Shown here one piece after another: positions 6,982 to 18,800 of a stretch of DNA of 64,000 bases (position 1 is its first letter; each line of letters opens with the position of its first letter). Below the pieces are notes generated by a model. It ran no database searches, had not been told where the DNA came from, and saw nothing but the letters and a program-made list of their open reading frames with translations. The stretch covers positions 8,165 to 72,164 of the forward strand of contig JAGVEX010000019.1 in assembly GCA_020057885.1 (NCBI GenBank), written 5' to 3'. The DNA comes from a bacterium (lineage in GTDB: Bacteria > Patescibacteriota > Patescibacteriia > Veblenbacterales > UBA10138). Made by a program: the position numbers and the translations under genes.

Positions 6982-8163
6982 CTATTTCCCTAATTTGCGT
7001 CTAATAAAAGCCGGGATATCAAAAGCATCGTCTGCTTCCTTGGGTTTTTCTTTGGGGGTGGCCACTGTTGGCTTAGCATTTGCTCCTATGGTACGCTCGT
7101 GAAAAGTACTTCCCTCCTCGCGCTTGGGGGCGGGCACCCGCTCTTGTTTTAAAAAGGCGGGAGCGGTGTAGCTTGCCTGCGGCACAGGATTGACGGGATT
7201 TTTTTTAGTTGGAGTTTGAGCAAAACCAGTAGCGATTACTGTTACTTTAAGCTGATCTTTCATGGCCTCGTCTATAACAGCGCCAAAAATAATTTTGGCG
7301 TTAGGATCGGCCGAAGCGGTAATAATACGAGCCGCTTCGTTAACTTCGTACATCGTAAGATCTGGGCTACCAGTAATAGTAAAAAGGATTCCTTTGGCGC
7401 CATCGATACCAACTTCCAAAAGCGGTGAATCAACCGCCGCTTTAGCGGCATCAACTGCCCTGTTTTCACCAGACGCTACACCAATACCCATCAGAGCTGA
7501 ACCGGTGTTGGACATAATAGTTTTAACGTCGGCAAAATCCACGTTGATTAATCCAGGCACAGTAACTAATTCAGAAATTCCTTGCACACCTTGGTGTAAA
7601 ACTTCATCAACTATCGAAAAAGCTTCGAGTAAAGAAGTTTTTTTATCTATTAATTGCAAAAGCCTATCATTATGAATACTGATGATAGTATCTACTTTAT
7701 CAACCAACTCGTCATAACCGCGCTCCGACACCTCACGACGCTGGGCGCCCTCAAAACTAAAAGGTTTAGTAACAACCGCAATCGTCAACGCACCAGCCTC
7801 GCGCGCTAATTCGGCAATCAAAGGTGAGGCGCCGGTGCCGGTGCCGCCACCCAAACCGCAAGTTAAGAAAACCATATCAGCACCCTTAAGCGCTTCTTTA
7901 ATTTCATCACGGTTTTCTTCGGCTGCCTTACGGCCTAAATCGGGATCCATACCAGCACCTAAGCCACGCGTAGTACCTGTACCAATATGAAGTTTTAAAG
8001 GGGCGCGCGAATGATGCAAAGCTTGCGCGTCGGTATTAATCGCCAAAAATTCTACTCCTCTAATTTTAGAGGAAACCATACGATTAATAGCGGCGCCACC
8101 AGAACCACCCACACCCACGACTTTTATTTTGGCAAAAGTTTCTATGTCAGGCTTGACTTCCAT
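6982..8163 (-). CDS. ftsZ: Cell division GTPase FtsZ.
   Basis: The tubulin signature GGGTGTGASP and the N-terminal VVGVGGSGGAAINRM are present. Confidence 0.95.
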   Translation of the reverse strand: MEVKPDIETFAKIKVVGVGGSGGAAINRMVSSKIRGVEFLAINTDAQALHHSRAPLKLHIGTGTTRGLGAGMDPDLGRKAAEENRDEIKEALKGADMVFLTCGLGGGTGTGASPLIAELAREAGALTIAVVTKPFSFEGAQRREVSERGYDELVDKVDTIISIHNDRLLQLIDKKTSLLEAFSIVDEVLHQGVQGISELVTVPGLINVDFADVKTIMSNTGSALMGIGVASGENRAVDAAKAAVDSPLLEVGIDGAKGILFTITGSPDLTMYEVNEAARIITASADPNAKIIFGAVIDEAMKDQLKVTVIATGFAQTPTKKNPVNPVPQASYTAPAFLKQERVPAPKREEGSTFHERTIGANAKPTVATPKEKPKEADDAFDIPAFIRRKLGK

Positions 8164-8213
8164 AACAATTTATTGGTTAAAGAATTAAAATTTAAAAAAA
8201 TTATAAATAACAA

Positions 8214-9449
8214 TTAAGGCATTAACGATTGCAGCCACTTTTTTACCTTACCTGTAACATCGTGCATGCCTGACAAATGCGGTAAATGCAAGCCGCCTGG
8301 ACTCGTGCCTTGTTTTAATCCCCAACGAGCCAAACCGAGCGCTGTGCCAAAAGATAAATCATTAATGCGCTCCAAGGGGCTAGTAACTTCCAAAGGATAC
8401 CCTAAACATGCCGGCAAACGGAATCTTCGCTTAGCTACTTCTACTGCACCGGAAAGTTTAGCACCACCACCTGTTAAAACCACTCCGGCTGGCAATTTGC
8501 CAGAACGATCAATTTTGTTAAGTTCGCGATCAACTAAATCAAAAATTTCTTCTAATCTAGCTTCAATAATTTCGGCTAAATGCTTGCGGTTTATTAAAAT
8601 ATTTTCATCGGTAAACTCGCTTAAATTAATTTCATCACGTTTATTAATTTCATCCGCCACAGCGTGGCCATAATCAATTTTTAATTTTTCCGCTAAATCA
8701 ATGGAAGTACGCAAGCCAATAGCAATGTCATTAGTAATATGTCCTGACCCAACCGGCACAACCGCAGCGTGCAACGGGTCACCCTCTTCACACACCAATA
8801 TACTTGTAGTAGCTCCGCCGATATTAATTAGAATTACGCCTAACTCTTTTTGACGTTTGGATAAAACAGCTTCGGCGTTTGCTAAAACAGTTAAAACTAA
8901 ACCATCTATATCAACACCAGTGCGATAAACGCATTTAGTAAGATTTTTAATTTGGGCAGTTTGTCCTTGAATAATTTGTGCTTCAACTTCCAAACGCACA
9001 CCTGTCATACCAACTGGATCTTTTACGCCAGGCTGACTATCCACTGTAAAGCTACGTGGCAATACGTGCAAAATTTCATAATTGGGTGGCGTGGCCACTG
9101 TTTGCGCCGCTTCTACTACACGAGATAAATCATCTTCACCAATTTCACCATTTGGTTTAGAAACAGCAATTACACCATGGCTTGATTGAGCTAAAATATG
9201 ACTACCGTTAATTCCCACCCAAGCGTGCTCGGGGGGCGTGCCTGTCATACGTTCAACTTTTTCTAAACAACCAGAAATAGCTGACACAGCATCTTCAATG
9301 CTTGTAATTACACCTTTGTGAATACCTTCAGAAGGAACTTCCGCTAGGCCAAGCACTTGTAAATGCTCATGTGCTGTACCTTGAGCCACTGCTATGCGGA
9401 TAGCAGTTGAACCTATATCTAATCCTGTGACTAAAGGCAATCGAGACAT
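8214..9449 (-). CDS. ftsA: Cell division protein FtsA (actin-like ATPase).
   Basis: GLDIGSTAIRIAV starts the protein and VLTGGGAKLSG appears later. The gene lies immediately upstream of ftsZ. Confidence 0.9.
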   Translation of the reverse strand: MSRLPLVTGLDIGSTAIRIAVAQGTAHEHLQVLGLAEVPSEGIHKGVITSIEDAVSAISGCLEKVERMTGTPPEHAWVGINGSHILAQSSHGVIAVSKPNGEIGEDDLSRVVEAAQTVATPPNYEILHVLPRSFTVDSQPGVKDPVGMTGVRLEVEAQIIQGQTAQIKNLTKCVYRTGVDIDGLVLTVLANAEAVLSKRQKELGVILINIGGATTSILVCEEGDPLHAAVVPVGSGHITNDIAIGLRTSIDLAEKLKIDYGHAVADEINKRDEINLSEFTDENILINRKHLAEIIEARLEEIFDLVDRELNKIDRSGKLPAGVVLTGGGAKLSGAVEVAKRRFRLPACLGYPLEVTSPLERINDLSFGTALGLARWGLKQGTSPGGLHLPHLSGMHDVTGKVKKWLQSLMP

Positions 9450-9531
9450 GATACAAAAAAAGTAAACGTACCTAAATTATAAAACTTATCACCCTAAATG
9501 CCAAGTGACTAAAGCTGAACAATTTAATTGT

Positions 9532-9882
9532 TCAGCTAATATGGGACCAAATAAGCAGCAAACCAATTACTAAAGCCGCTAAACAAAGTAACAAAACAGC
9601 AGCGGCCAATAAATCTTTTAGTAAAGCTATGTGAATAGAAAGCCGCGGTTCTATTAAATCGAGTAATCTTTCCAAAATTGTGTTAAATACTTCGGCGCTT
9701 AAAACAACAGCTATGGTCAAAATTAAAATCAGCCATTCCGCCTTACTAAAACTTAGATACCATCCGACAATAATCGCGCCCCCAGCTATAAATAGCTCCT
9801 GCTTAAAACTTGATTCTCGTTTAAACACATATCCTAAACCTCTCCCCGCATAAATGAACTTCTTTTTAAAACGAAACCACAT
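9532..9882 (-). CDS. dgkA: Diacylglycerol/undecaprenol kinase (DgkA family).
   Basis: The protein is 116 aa with three TM helices and a DgkA-like AEVFNTILERLLD motif. It follows ybeY, as in many bacteria. Confidence 0.65.
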   Translation of the reverse strand: MWFRFKKKFIYAGRGLGYVFKRESSFKQELFIAGGAIIVGWYLSFSKAEWLILILTIAVVLSAEVFNTILERLLDLIEPRLSIHIALLKDLLAAAVLLLCLAALVIGLLLIWSHIS

Positions 9883-9890
9883 AAAATAAA

Positions 9891-10328
9891 TTAGTTGTTT
9901 AATATTTTATCTTCTAAGGCACGCATTAAGCGATGATCTTTTTTTTTCATATGATCATAGCCAGCTAAATGCAAACAGCCGTGGATAAATAATCGTTCCA
10001 ACTCATCATTAAAACTAATACCCTCATGCTGTGCTTGTTGTTTAGCTTGTGTGGCACAAATAATCAACTCTCCCATTACTGGTTTTGCCTGATAAGTAAA
10101 CGATAATATGTCGGTTATTTTATTATGGCCGCGATAAACCCGATTAAGCGAACGAATTATATTAGGGCGGACAAACACAACGCCGATTTCGTTGAATTTA
10201 GTATGAATTAATTTATTAATTATTCTGAGTAAAACTTTAGCTCGCCGGTAAAAGCGAGCTGGTATTTTACTATTAGTTAAATTTTGAGTAATAATTTGAG
10301 CGGGCATGCAAAATTTATTCTCCTCCAC
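9891..10328 (-). CDS. ybeY: rRNA maturation endoribonuclease YbeY.
   Basis: The H3xH5xH metal motif HGCLHLAGYDH is present and the protein is 145 aa. Confidence 0.9.
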   Translation of the reverse strand: MEENKFCMPAQIITQNLTNSKIPARFYRRAKVLLRIINKLIHTKFNEIGVVFVRPNIIRSLNRVYRGHNKITDILSFTYQAKPVMGELIICATQAKQQAQHEGISFNDELERLFIHGCLHLAGYDHMKKKDHRLMRALEDKILNN

Positions 10329-10467
10329 TGTTAATGCCCCGCGCTTGCCGCGGGAATAAAAATTGTGAGAATCCTCCGAAGCTTCAGCGTAGGAGGGTAT
10401 TGAGCTTCGGACGAATGAACATTTTTTGAAATGCCGCCGATACCTCGTCGGCTTGCCACGAGGTAGT

Positions 10468-12219
10468 TCATTTACATATCACTTGTTCCTGTGTGCCGTC
10501 GGCATAAGTTATTAGACTGCCAGATCCAGACTTTACTATACTAGCCGCCAAATAACCTTTTAAATAATCTCCACTAAGTGTTGAATTGCTTTTTTGGCTC
10601 TCGCTAAAATAACCATCTAAATATTTTTTACTAATTTCACAAACATTAGTGGTGGTTTGGCCAGTTAAACTGTCCACTTTAGGACCAGAAATTTTACAAA
10701 TTCCATTGGCACTCGAAAGTATTTCAAACACTAATTGATTATTAGGCTGAGCGCTATCCATGGCGGCATTTATACGAGCAGGTGTACAAGATTCAAAATT
10801 ATTCACAAAGCAACTCCAAGCTTGTTGGGTAATCGTACTAGCACTATAAACATTACTGCCAGGTGTATTAACTGGGCCTGCCAAACCACAATCTGTTATT
10901 CCACCAGTCGTAACAGCCAACGGCAAACCCGCTTCGCTGGTTAAATTAAACGAATGTAGTATAGCTTGAAAAAGAGTGCCGAAAGAAGCTTCGGTTTTAG
11001 TGCCTATATTATAACTAAAAGTAATAATATAACGATCAGTTGCTAGATAAGCATTAAGGCCATTTAATGAAGTAGCCCAAGTAAAGCTACCGGAATTAAT
11101 AATGGGAACTTCTTCTGGTTTTAAACCTAAACCCTGCTGGGCATACCAAGTTGTAGATGTTAATTTTTCCGGATTGTCAACTATTAATACTTCCATAAAT
11201 TCGCTAGCTTCCTCACTGCTAAATACCACCTGAGCTGATTCCTGATCAGTTGCTCTGGCGGTCCAAGCTTTGGGATATAATAAACTATAACCAAAACGAG
11301 AACTGGTATAAGTGAAAAGATAAGCGCTGTTTTTAAGCTTAGCGCTGTTACCAACAGCTGGATCATAATCTGAACCAACTTCCAAGCCATCTGTGTAGCC
11401 ATCATTATCTGTATCGATCTTACTCGGGTCAGCGCCCAACAAAGGCTCAGTGGCATTGGTTAAGCCGTCGTTATCACTATCAACTGAAGGCGAAGGCGGT
11501 GTGGCTTGGCGCGGACCATTTGGCGGAGTAGGTGGAATAATAGAAGCGTCAGTATCTATCCCGGCTGGCGTTAATTTGTGATCACCAGCTGTTAAACTAT
11601 TACTTCCCTCTTCTAATCTAAAAGAAATGGTATAAGTGACGCCGTCAAAACTATCATACAAATAATCCACTCCGCCGGGGGCAATATTTTGTGGGACTTG
11701 TTCTAAATAAATTGTACCTTGCGCTTGTGGCCCCCAACCAGCTGAACTCAAAACTACTGAATTACCACTCCCCAACACTAAGGGTAACGGCACTATAGGA
11801 TATTTACCTTGGTTATCAGTGGCATAACGACCCAAAGCCTCTTGCAATTTAATTATATTTTGATAACGAATATTATCCCGCTCTGAAGCTGGTGGCACTT
11901 GCACAGTAACAGGCGGTGTAGTTGGCTCAGTTGTCGGCGCCACACTCGGTGTGGTGTTAGTAGTATTGATCGACGGTTGACTAGGCTGAATTTTAGAGAA
12001 AAATGTTAAATAAATACCCACTCCACCAATGGCTAACAATAATACCATTAATGATATTATTAACCAGCGACGTTTAGATTTTGGCTCAGAATAAGTAACT
12101 ACCGTCGCTTGACCAGACGGAGTAACAATTGGCATGGTATATATATCACCCCACACCTCTGACTTAGGCGAGGTTGACTGGGCAGCCACAGAATTCTTTT
12201 TTTTAGTTAAACCAAACAC
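10468..12219 (-). CDS. Single-pass membrane-anchored extracellular protein with a Pro/Thr-rich linker, thrombospondin-type-3-like Ca-binding repeats and a C-terminal Cys-containing domain of unknown function.
   Basis: The TM segment is RRWLIISLMVLLLAIGGVGIYLTFF. The Pro/Thr-rich linker includes TTPSVAPTTEPTTPPVTV. The repeat region reads DSDNDGLTNATEPLLGADPSKIDTDNDGYTDGLEVGSDYDP. Confidence 0.6.
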   Translation of the reverse strand: MFGLTKKKNSVAAQSTSPKSEVWGDIYTMPIVTPSGQATVVTYSEPKSKRRWLIISLMVLLLAIGGVGIYLTFFSKIQPSQPSINTTNTTPSVAPTTEPTTPPVTVQVPPASERDNIRYQNIIKLQEALGRYATDNQGKYPIVPLPLVLGSGNSVVLSSAGWGPQAQGTIYLEQVPQNIAPGGVDYLYDSFDGVTYTISFRLEEGSNSLTAGDHKLTPAGIDTDASIIPPTPPNGPRQATPPSPSVDSDNDGLTNATEPLLGADPSKIDTDNDGYTDGLEVGSDYDPAVGNSAKLKNSAYLFTYTSSRFGYSLLYPKAWTARATDQESAQVVFSSEEASEFMEVLIVDNPEKLTSTTWYAQQGLGLKPEEVPIINSGSFTWATSLNGLNAYLATDRYIITFSYNIGTKTEASFGTLFQAILHSFNLTSEAGLPLAVTTGGITDCGLAGPVNTPGSNVYSASTITQQAWSCFVNNFESCTPARINAAMDSAQPNNQLVFEILSSANGICKISGPKVDSLTGQTTTNVCEISKKYLDGYFSESQKSNSTLSGDYLKGYLAASIVKSGSGSLITYADGTQEQVICK

Positions 12220-12231
12220 AAATAATAAATT

Positions 12232-12855
12232 TTAAGGTTTAGTAGGAATTTCATAATTAGGCAGACGGCCAGGGCCGTTGGGATTAAATCCGTTCTTAAT
12301 TTCCACGCTATCTATATAGCCATCGCCGTCAGAATCAGCTTGGCTTGGATTGGTATGATAAACTTTTACTTCTTCACCATCCATTAAACCGTCGGTGTCT
12401 GTATCCGCCTTTAAAACATTGGTACCCAACTGCTGCTCCTCGGCGTCAGTTAAGCCATCACCATCAGTATCTATCTCAACCACTTGAGTTGGCTGTTCTG
12501 TAGTTGTGTTTAAATTAGTAACTGATGGCTGATTGGTTGAAGGCAGAGAGTTGTTAGAAACAATTGATTTATTTTTTGCTTGCCCTTGCGACCACCACCA
12601 GTAACCTCCTACTGCAATCCCTGCCACTAATATTACTATAAATACCACTGTGAGCCAATGCTTTTTGGGTTTATCAACAAAAACTAAACTATCTATTTTA
12701 GGAACAGAGGTGGGTGATGGTATTGACGGTAAGGAAAATAATCGAGATGGCAAGGCTTGATTGTTCGTTGGTACGACAGGTGCGGGAATTTCCGCATCTG
12801 AAAAAATATCTTCTACCGAACTTGATTTTGACTTATTAATCATATCATTAAACAT
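12232..12855 (-). CDS. Small single-pass membrane protein with thrombospondin-type-3-like Ca-binding repeats.
   Basis: The TM segment is HWLTVVFIVILVAGIAVGGYWWW. The repeat region reads DTDGDGLTDAEEQQLG...DTDTDGLMDGEE...DSDGDGYIDSVEIKNGFNP. Confidence 0.6.
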   Translation of the reverse strand: MFNDMINKSKSSSVEDIFSDAEIPAPVVPTNNQALPSRLFSLPSIPSPTSVPKIDSLVFVDKPKKHWLTVVFIVILVAGIAVGGYWWWSQGQAKNKSIVSNNSLPSTNQPSVTNLNTTTEQPTQVVEIDTDGDGLTDAEEQQLGTNVLKADTDTDGLMDGEEVKVYHTNPSQADSDGDGYIDSVEIKNGFNPNGPGRLPNYEIPTKP

Positions 12856-12869
12856 AAAAATTACTCTGA

Positions 12870-15800
12870 TTACTTGGTTATTGTCAAAGTGCCAGCCTCA
12901 CTTGTCTTAGTCATATAACCAACACCTGGATCAATTTGGGCTACACCAGCAACCCAAGCATTATTATAATAATAAACATCACCGATTGTACCTGGGGAAT
13001 ATGTTATGGCACTAAGAGGTACTGAAGTAGACAATGAACCAAATCCATTCCATCCAAGAGGCAATGGTACAGAAAAATTTGAAATTGCAGAAAAACCAGT
13101 AATAGTTACATCTTCAGCGTAACCAAATTTGATAAAATAGGCCAACCCGACCTGAAGATTAGTCACACCAACATACGCACCATTTAAGTACTGATATGCT
13201 TCGCTAGTCGCGGTTGGAAACAGGACATTGGTAGCCGAGTTTAGCACATTAAATGGCAAAGAAATAAAATTCCAACTTGCTACCATATTATAGGTATGGG
13301 TCAAAACCGGAATAATGTTAAATGTCGCTGTCACGGTAACAGCTGAATTTACAGTACAAGTACCTGTGCCAGTACAACCTCCGCCGCTCCAACCGCCAAA
13401 GGTAGAACCTGCGGCAGGTGTAGCAGTTAAAGTAACAGACGAAGTAAATGATCCTGTACAAGTGGCACCACAATTAATTCCCGCTGGGCTACTAGTAACA
13501 GTGCCCGAGCCGGTTCCAGCCTTAGCCACTGTTACGGCAAATGGCGCAGTGGTGAAAGAGGCGGCCACTGATTTATTGCCATCCATTGTAATTACACAAT
13601 TGCCAGTGCCATTAGTACAAGCCCCGCTCCAGCCCCCAAAAGTAGCGCCCGCATCCGGAGTTGGGACAAGCGCAACTTGTGTGCCAGCAGGATAAGACCA
13701 ACTACACCCAACACCACTCGGAAGACAATTAATATTTGGACCTGTTACAACACCAGAGCCAGTAGTAGTTACGTTCAAAGTATAGTTTGTAGTACTAAAA
13801 GTAACTGTGACAGTTTTAGCCGCATCCATTGTTACCTGACAAGTAGATGGTGGTGGCGTTGGCAATGCTGGTTTACAAACTGCTGGAACATCAGTGCCGC
13901 TCCAACTTACAGTAGAGCCGAGAGAAGGGTTAGCAGTTAAGGTAACGGTTGTAATTGGACTGCCTGGATATACATATGTACAAGCATCACTACTACAGTT
14001 AGCACTAGGAGTGCTTAAATCAACAGTACCACTGCCACCGCCGCCACTAGCAATATTTAAAGTAAGTATATGAGAAGTGAAAGTGGCTGTGACATTTTTA
14101 GCTGTATTCATTGTTACTTGACAAGTGGCTGGTGGTGTTGGCAGTGCTGGCGTACAAGTTGCAGGAACATCACCACTCCACCCCTCAAAACTACCTAAAG
14201 TTGGTACGGCTGTTAATGTTACTACGTCAGTAGCGTTATAAGGCGCACTGCAAGTTGAACCGCAATCAATTTTAGTATCTGAACTGCTAACTGTGCCAGC
14301 ACCAGTACTGAGTCCTTTTGTTACAGTAAGTATGTTGGCGTTAAAAGTAGCTTCGGCAATTATATCGCCGGTAGTAGGTATTGTAACCGTACATTGGTTA
14401 CCAGTAAGAGAAGGACAAGCTGTCCAAGCTCCAATGCAATTATAAGGCCAAGCGCTAACTTGCGTACAAATTCTCCAGCCACCAAAAGTGCCTACCGTAA
14501 CTTGGGGAATTAAAGAAACAATACTCCCTTGTTGATAAAGTCCATCACAATCCGCACCACAGTTAATACCTGGCGGGTTACTGGTTATAAGGCCCGTACC
14601 ATTACCAGCTTTACGAGCAAATAAAAATTGAGAGGGGGCCAATTTAAACACAGCTGTTACTGTTTTATTGATATTAATGGTTAATGTACATTGACCACTG
14701 AGGGTGCAATCGCCTTCCCATTTATCAAAAATATACGCGCCAACTAGACTAGCCGGAACTGGCGGATTTAGATAATCAGCTGATGGCATTAAACTAACAA
14801 TTGAACCAGCCACAAAACGAGCGGAGCAACTACTACTACCATTACCACAATCAATACCTACTGGATTAGAAGTCACGCGATGATAAATAGTATCTATAGT
14901 ACTAGTATTTGATATCCATATTTTCTTATTAACTGTCAATGTATACGCCAAAGCAAAATTAGCTATAACATTTGTATTGGTATCCATAGTTACGGTGCAG
15001 GTAAGCGCCACGCCACAACTAGCCAAACTCCAGCTAGTAAATACTGAACTAGCATCTGCTGATGCAGTTAAAGTAACAGCATTGCTAGCGCTAGAACTTT
15101 TGCCATACGCCCCAGTACAATCAGATCCACAATCAATACCTATGGGGCTGCTTGTTACGCGACCTGTACCATTGCCCCCTTTGATCACATTGAGTGTTAC
15201 TTTTTCGGCAAATTGAGCTGTAATTATTCTATCTTGATCCATGGTCATATCACAAGTAAGGGAAGTACTGCCATAACATGGCGCACCTAGCGCGCTTAAC
15301 CAACTCATAAATATTGAATTACTATCGGGCGTAGCAATTAATTTTACAATAGTTGTTACTGGCGGCGTACCAGTACCACTCTGTTGATATGCCTGAATAC
15401 AGTGACTACCTCCCGAGCCGCACTTTATTGGATCAGATGAAGGAATATCGCTAATCACCGTACCAGTGCCTGTGCTATAACCAATAGGGGTGCTGGTAGA
15501 AACCGACAAAGTGGCACGTGGTTCAAAAGTAGCTGTTACTGTAGTTGCTCCAACCACAATAATCGTACAACTGCTATTACCGCCACATCTAACCGTACCG
15601 TTTACATCCCAACCCACAAAGAAATCTGTTAATGCTACGGCGGCATTTAACACCACGCTTGTTCCTCCTGTATAACTATCAACGCAATCAGACCCGCAAT
15701 TAATTTGTGGTGTAGGCTCGTTACTTTTTACTATGTTAGCGATATTATTCGCCCTAGAACCCTCTTTTGCCACTGTTAAATCGTAACCTCTGATACTAAA

Positions 15801-18800
15801 AGTAGCTGTGACATTTTTAGCCGTGTTCATTGTTACCTGACATGTAGTTGGTGGTGTTGTTGGCAGTGCTGGCGTACAAATTGCAGGAACATCACCAGTC
15901 CAACCAGTAAAAGTAGAATCAGAATTTGGCACTGCCTGCAAAGTTACTAAACTATCACCAATATAATCAAAACTACAAATTAAGCCACAATTAATTCCGG
16001 CTGGCGTACTTGTAACCGTGCCCGAACCGGTGCCAGTGCGCTGTGTTTGAAGACTGTAAGAAATGCGCGTAAAATTAGCAGTCACCGAAACATTACCAGT
16101 AAGCTTAATAGTACAAGTAGCACTAGTACCAGCGGCAGCACAAGCTCCGCCCCAACCTGCAAACACATAACCAGCTAGGGGTGTGGCGTTTAAAATTGCG
16201 CTCTCACCATCAGCGTAATCGGCTGTACATCCGCTAGCTGGCAAACCAGAACCGCAATTTACTTTTCCATCAACGCTCGTTACTGTACCCGATGAATTAA
16301 CAGTTAAAGATAAAGTTTGCTTAGGCACAAAAGTAGCTGTTACCGATAGCGCGGCATCTCTAATCATAATTGTACAAGTGCCCGTACCACTACAGGCTCC
16401 ACTCCAGCCAGCAAATATAGTAGAACCATCCATGGGGTTTACTGCGGTTAGAGCAATGGTGGTGCCGCTAGGAATATTGGCTGTAGAACAGGTTGTGGTA
16501 GTAAGAGTGGTACAAGTAGGCACACTTGCCACATTACTCGTCACACTGCCCTGACCTGATACGGTAATATTCAGGCCATACATATTTTCAGCAAAATTGG
16601 CCGAAGTTGAGAACGTACTCGTACCAGTTATAATATCTACTGTACAAATTGGGCCAACGGTACTGCTACAAACTCCACCCCAACCAATAAATCGGGAACC
16701 GGTTCTGGGCAAGGCTGTTAGGGCAACTTTTGTATTCACTGCATAAGCAGCGCTACAAGCTAAACCGCAACTTATTTTTGGCGTGGGTTCGTTACTAACC
16801 ACTGAGCCATTACCAGAAGAAGTAACGTTTAGTGTAGGTGATTCATAATTAATTAAATTTTTAATACTATCACACTCATCGGTGGTTGGGATTGTTATAG
16901 CGCTTCCTGTACCTTTCCACCACGTTACATTTTTAAATTCTGCATTAAAGGAAAGCTCAGCCCGACTGTTTGCCAAAACACGATATTGATATACATGAGA
17001 ACCTGCCGGACACGGTTCTACAAATTTTTTAGCATCAGCGCTCCAGCATGTTTTGGAATCATAACTCGTTGGACAATCTTTAAATTTATTAATCGGATCA
17101 ACTGGTAAACTGCGTGACATAGCGGCACCCAAGGTCTGTTGCCAAGAATACCAGGTACTAGCGCTGTGCCCTACTTCGTAAGAACCAGCTGACAAAGGAG
17201 GTACGCTATTAGAATGTGTGGCGGCATAACTATCCAAAGCTTTAGGAATAGTCCGCGCAACATCCGTTAGACGCTTTATATCATTTTTTATTTGTGCTTT
17301 GGCATCGGGCAAGGCAGATAAATTGGTATTAAAAACCCAATTCTTAATTAACTCTTGATAAATAGTTTGAGTAGAGGTAACTGCGCCTCGGTTATATCCC
17401 ATAACATACATATCGGTGTACATGGCATCGGGCGGAGTCACTGGATCTTCTGCTAAATTAGGAGCTGATATATAAACTGTAGTACCATCCTGAACAGCTG
17501 AATAACCATCAACTGTAACATCGTTTAATCCCCCTTTAACAATATCCGGACGAGACATATACCATGTACGGGGTAACATAGTATCAATAGATGTTTCATA
17601 AACACGCAAGCCGATGGCATCGGGACTGGCGGGATTTTTAAAGAAATATTCATAATTGCCTACCGGCTCGTTTGGTATGGGATTAGCAACGGAAACAGTT
17701 AAGGCTGGCAATATATCGCTGGCGCCAATTTTTTTTACTGTTAAGTTGTCAAAATAAATTGGAACACTGGTAAGAGTACCTGTAAGAGAAGTGTCCGCAT
17801 TTATACCTAAACATAAAGTTTGGATGGTTTGCGCGCCAGTGTTAAATACTAATTGCATAGCTTGCCAACCCTCTGCCCGAGGCAGTTGAGTAGACTGTGT
17901 CCAGCCGCAACTAGTGCCAGGCGCAATGGCCATAACGCCACTGACTGATTGTGTTATATTGGCACCTACATAAGCATAAACAAGAGCTGAATAACTAGTA
18001 TCTTTTTCTAAATTGATAAAAGTATGCCCTATGGAATAATTAGTTGGGGCTAAACCAATAGTGCGTGTGCTTATACTGCTAACATCCCCTGGCGCAAAAG
18101 TTTGGGGCGCGGAACTTATACTCCAAACAGCAGTATTGCCTACAGTCCATTCGCTTATATTATTAAAACTTTCTGTTTCGTTGGTTCCAATAAGTACGGG
18201 GGTTAAAGTACCAGTAATTGTTTTGGCGCGGCAATAGCGCAGACGGAAATTATGCTGGCTATCTTCAAACTCCCAAGGCACCTCACAAATATAAATATCC
18301 AAGGGGGCGGAGGCCTGCTTAACGCCAGCAATTCCGCCATTAACAGTAACCTTGAGTAAAGCTTGACCGTTGCGTGTACCAGATGTTACAAATGTTGGAT
18401 TAGCAGTGACCGAGGACAAACTAATTAAATTATTAGGATCGTCCTTTTGCCAAGCATAAGAAGCTGTTAGAAGTTGACCGTCTTTTGCTAAAGCATTGGC
18501 TCTAAATTCTTTGCGTTCGTTCGATTTAGTGAAACTCCAACTATTTGGACTAATTGTTACTTTATCAATTAAACATACTTCCGCACTTGTAGAAAAAATA
18601 ACTTCACAGCCTGGCACGCCGCCGCAATCCAAAACCTCTCCTAACACTCCTCTAATACTGGCGTCAACTGTTAAATGATATTGATTATTTGGTAGTAAGG
18701 GCGTTGTTGGTATAAAAGACACTCGACTCTTTTCAATTTTCAATTGACCAACCACAGGAATAAAGGGGTTTGATGTAGTATTATCTAATCTAAAACTAGC

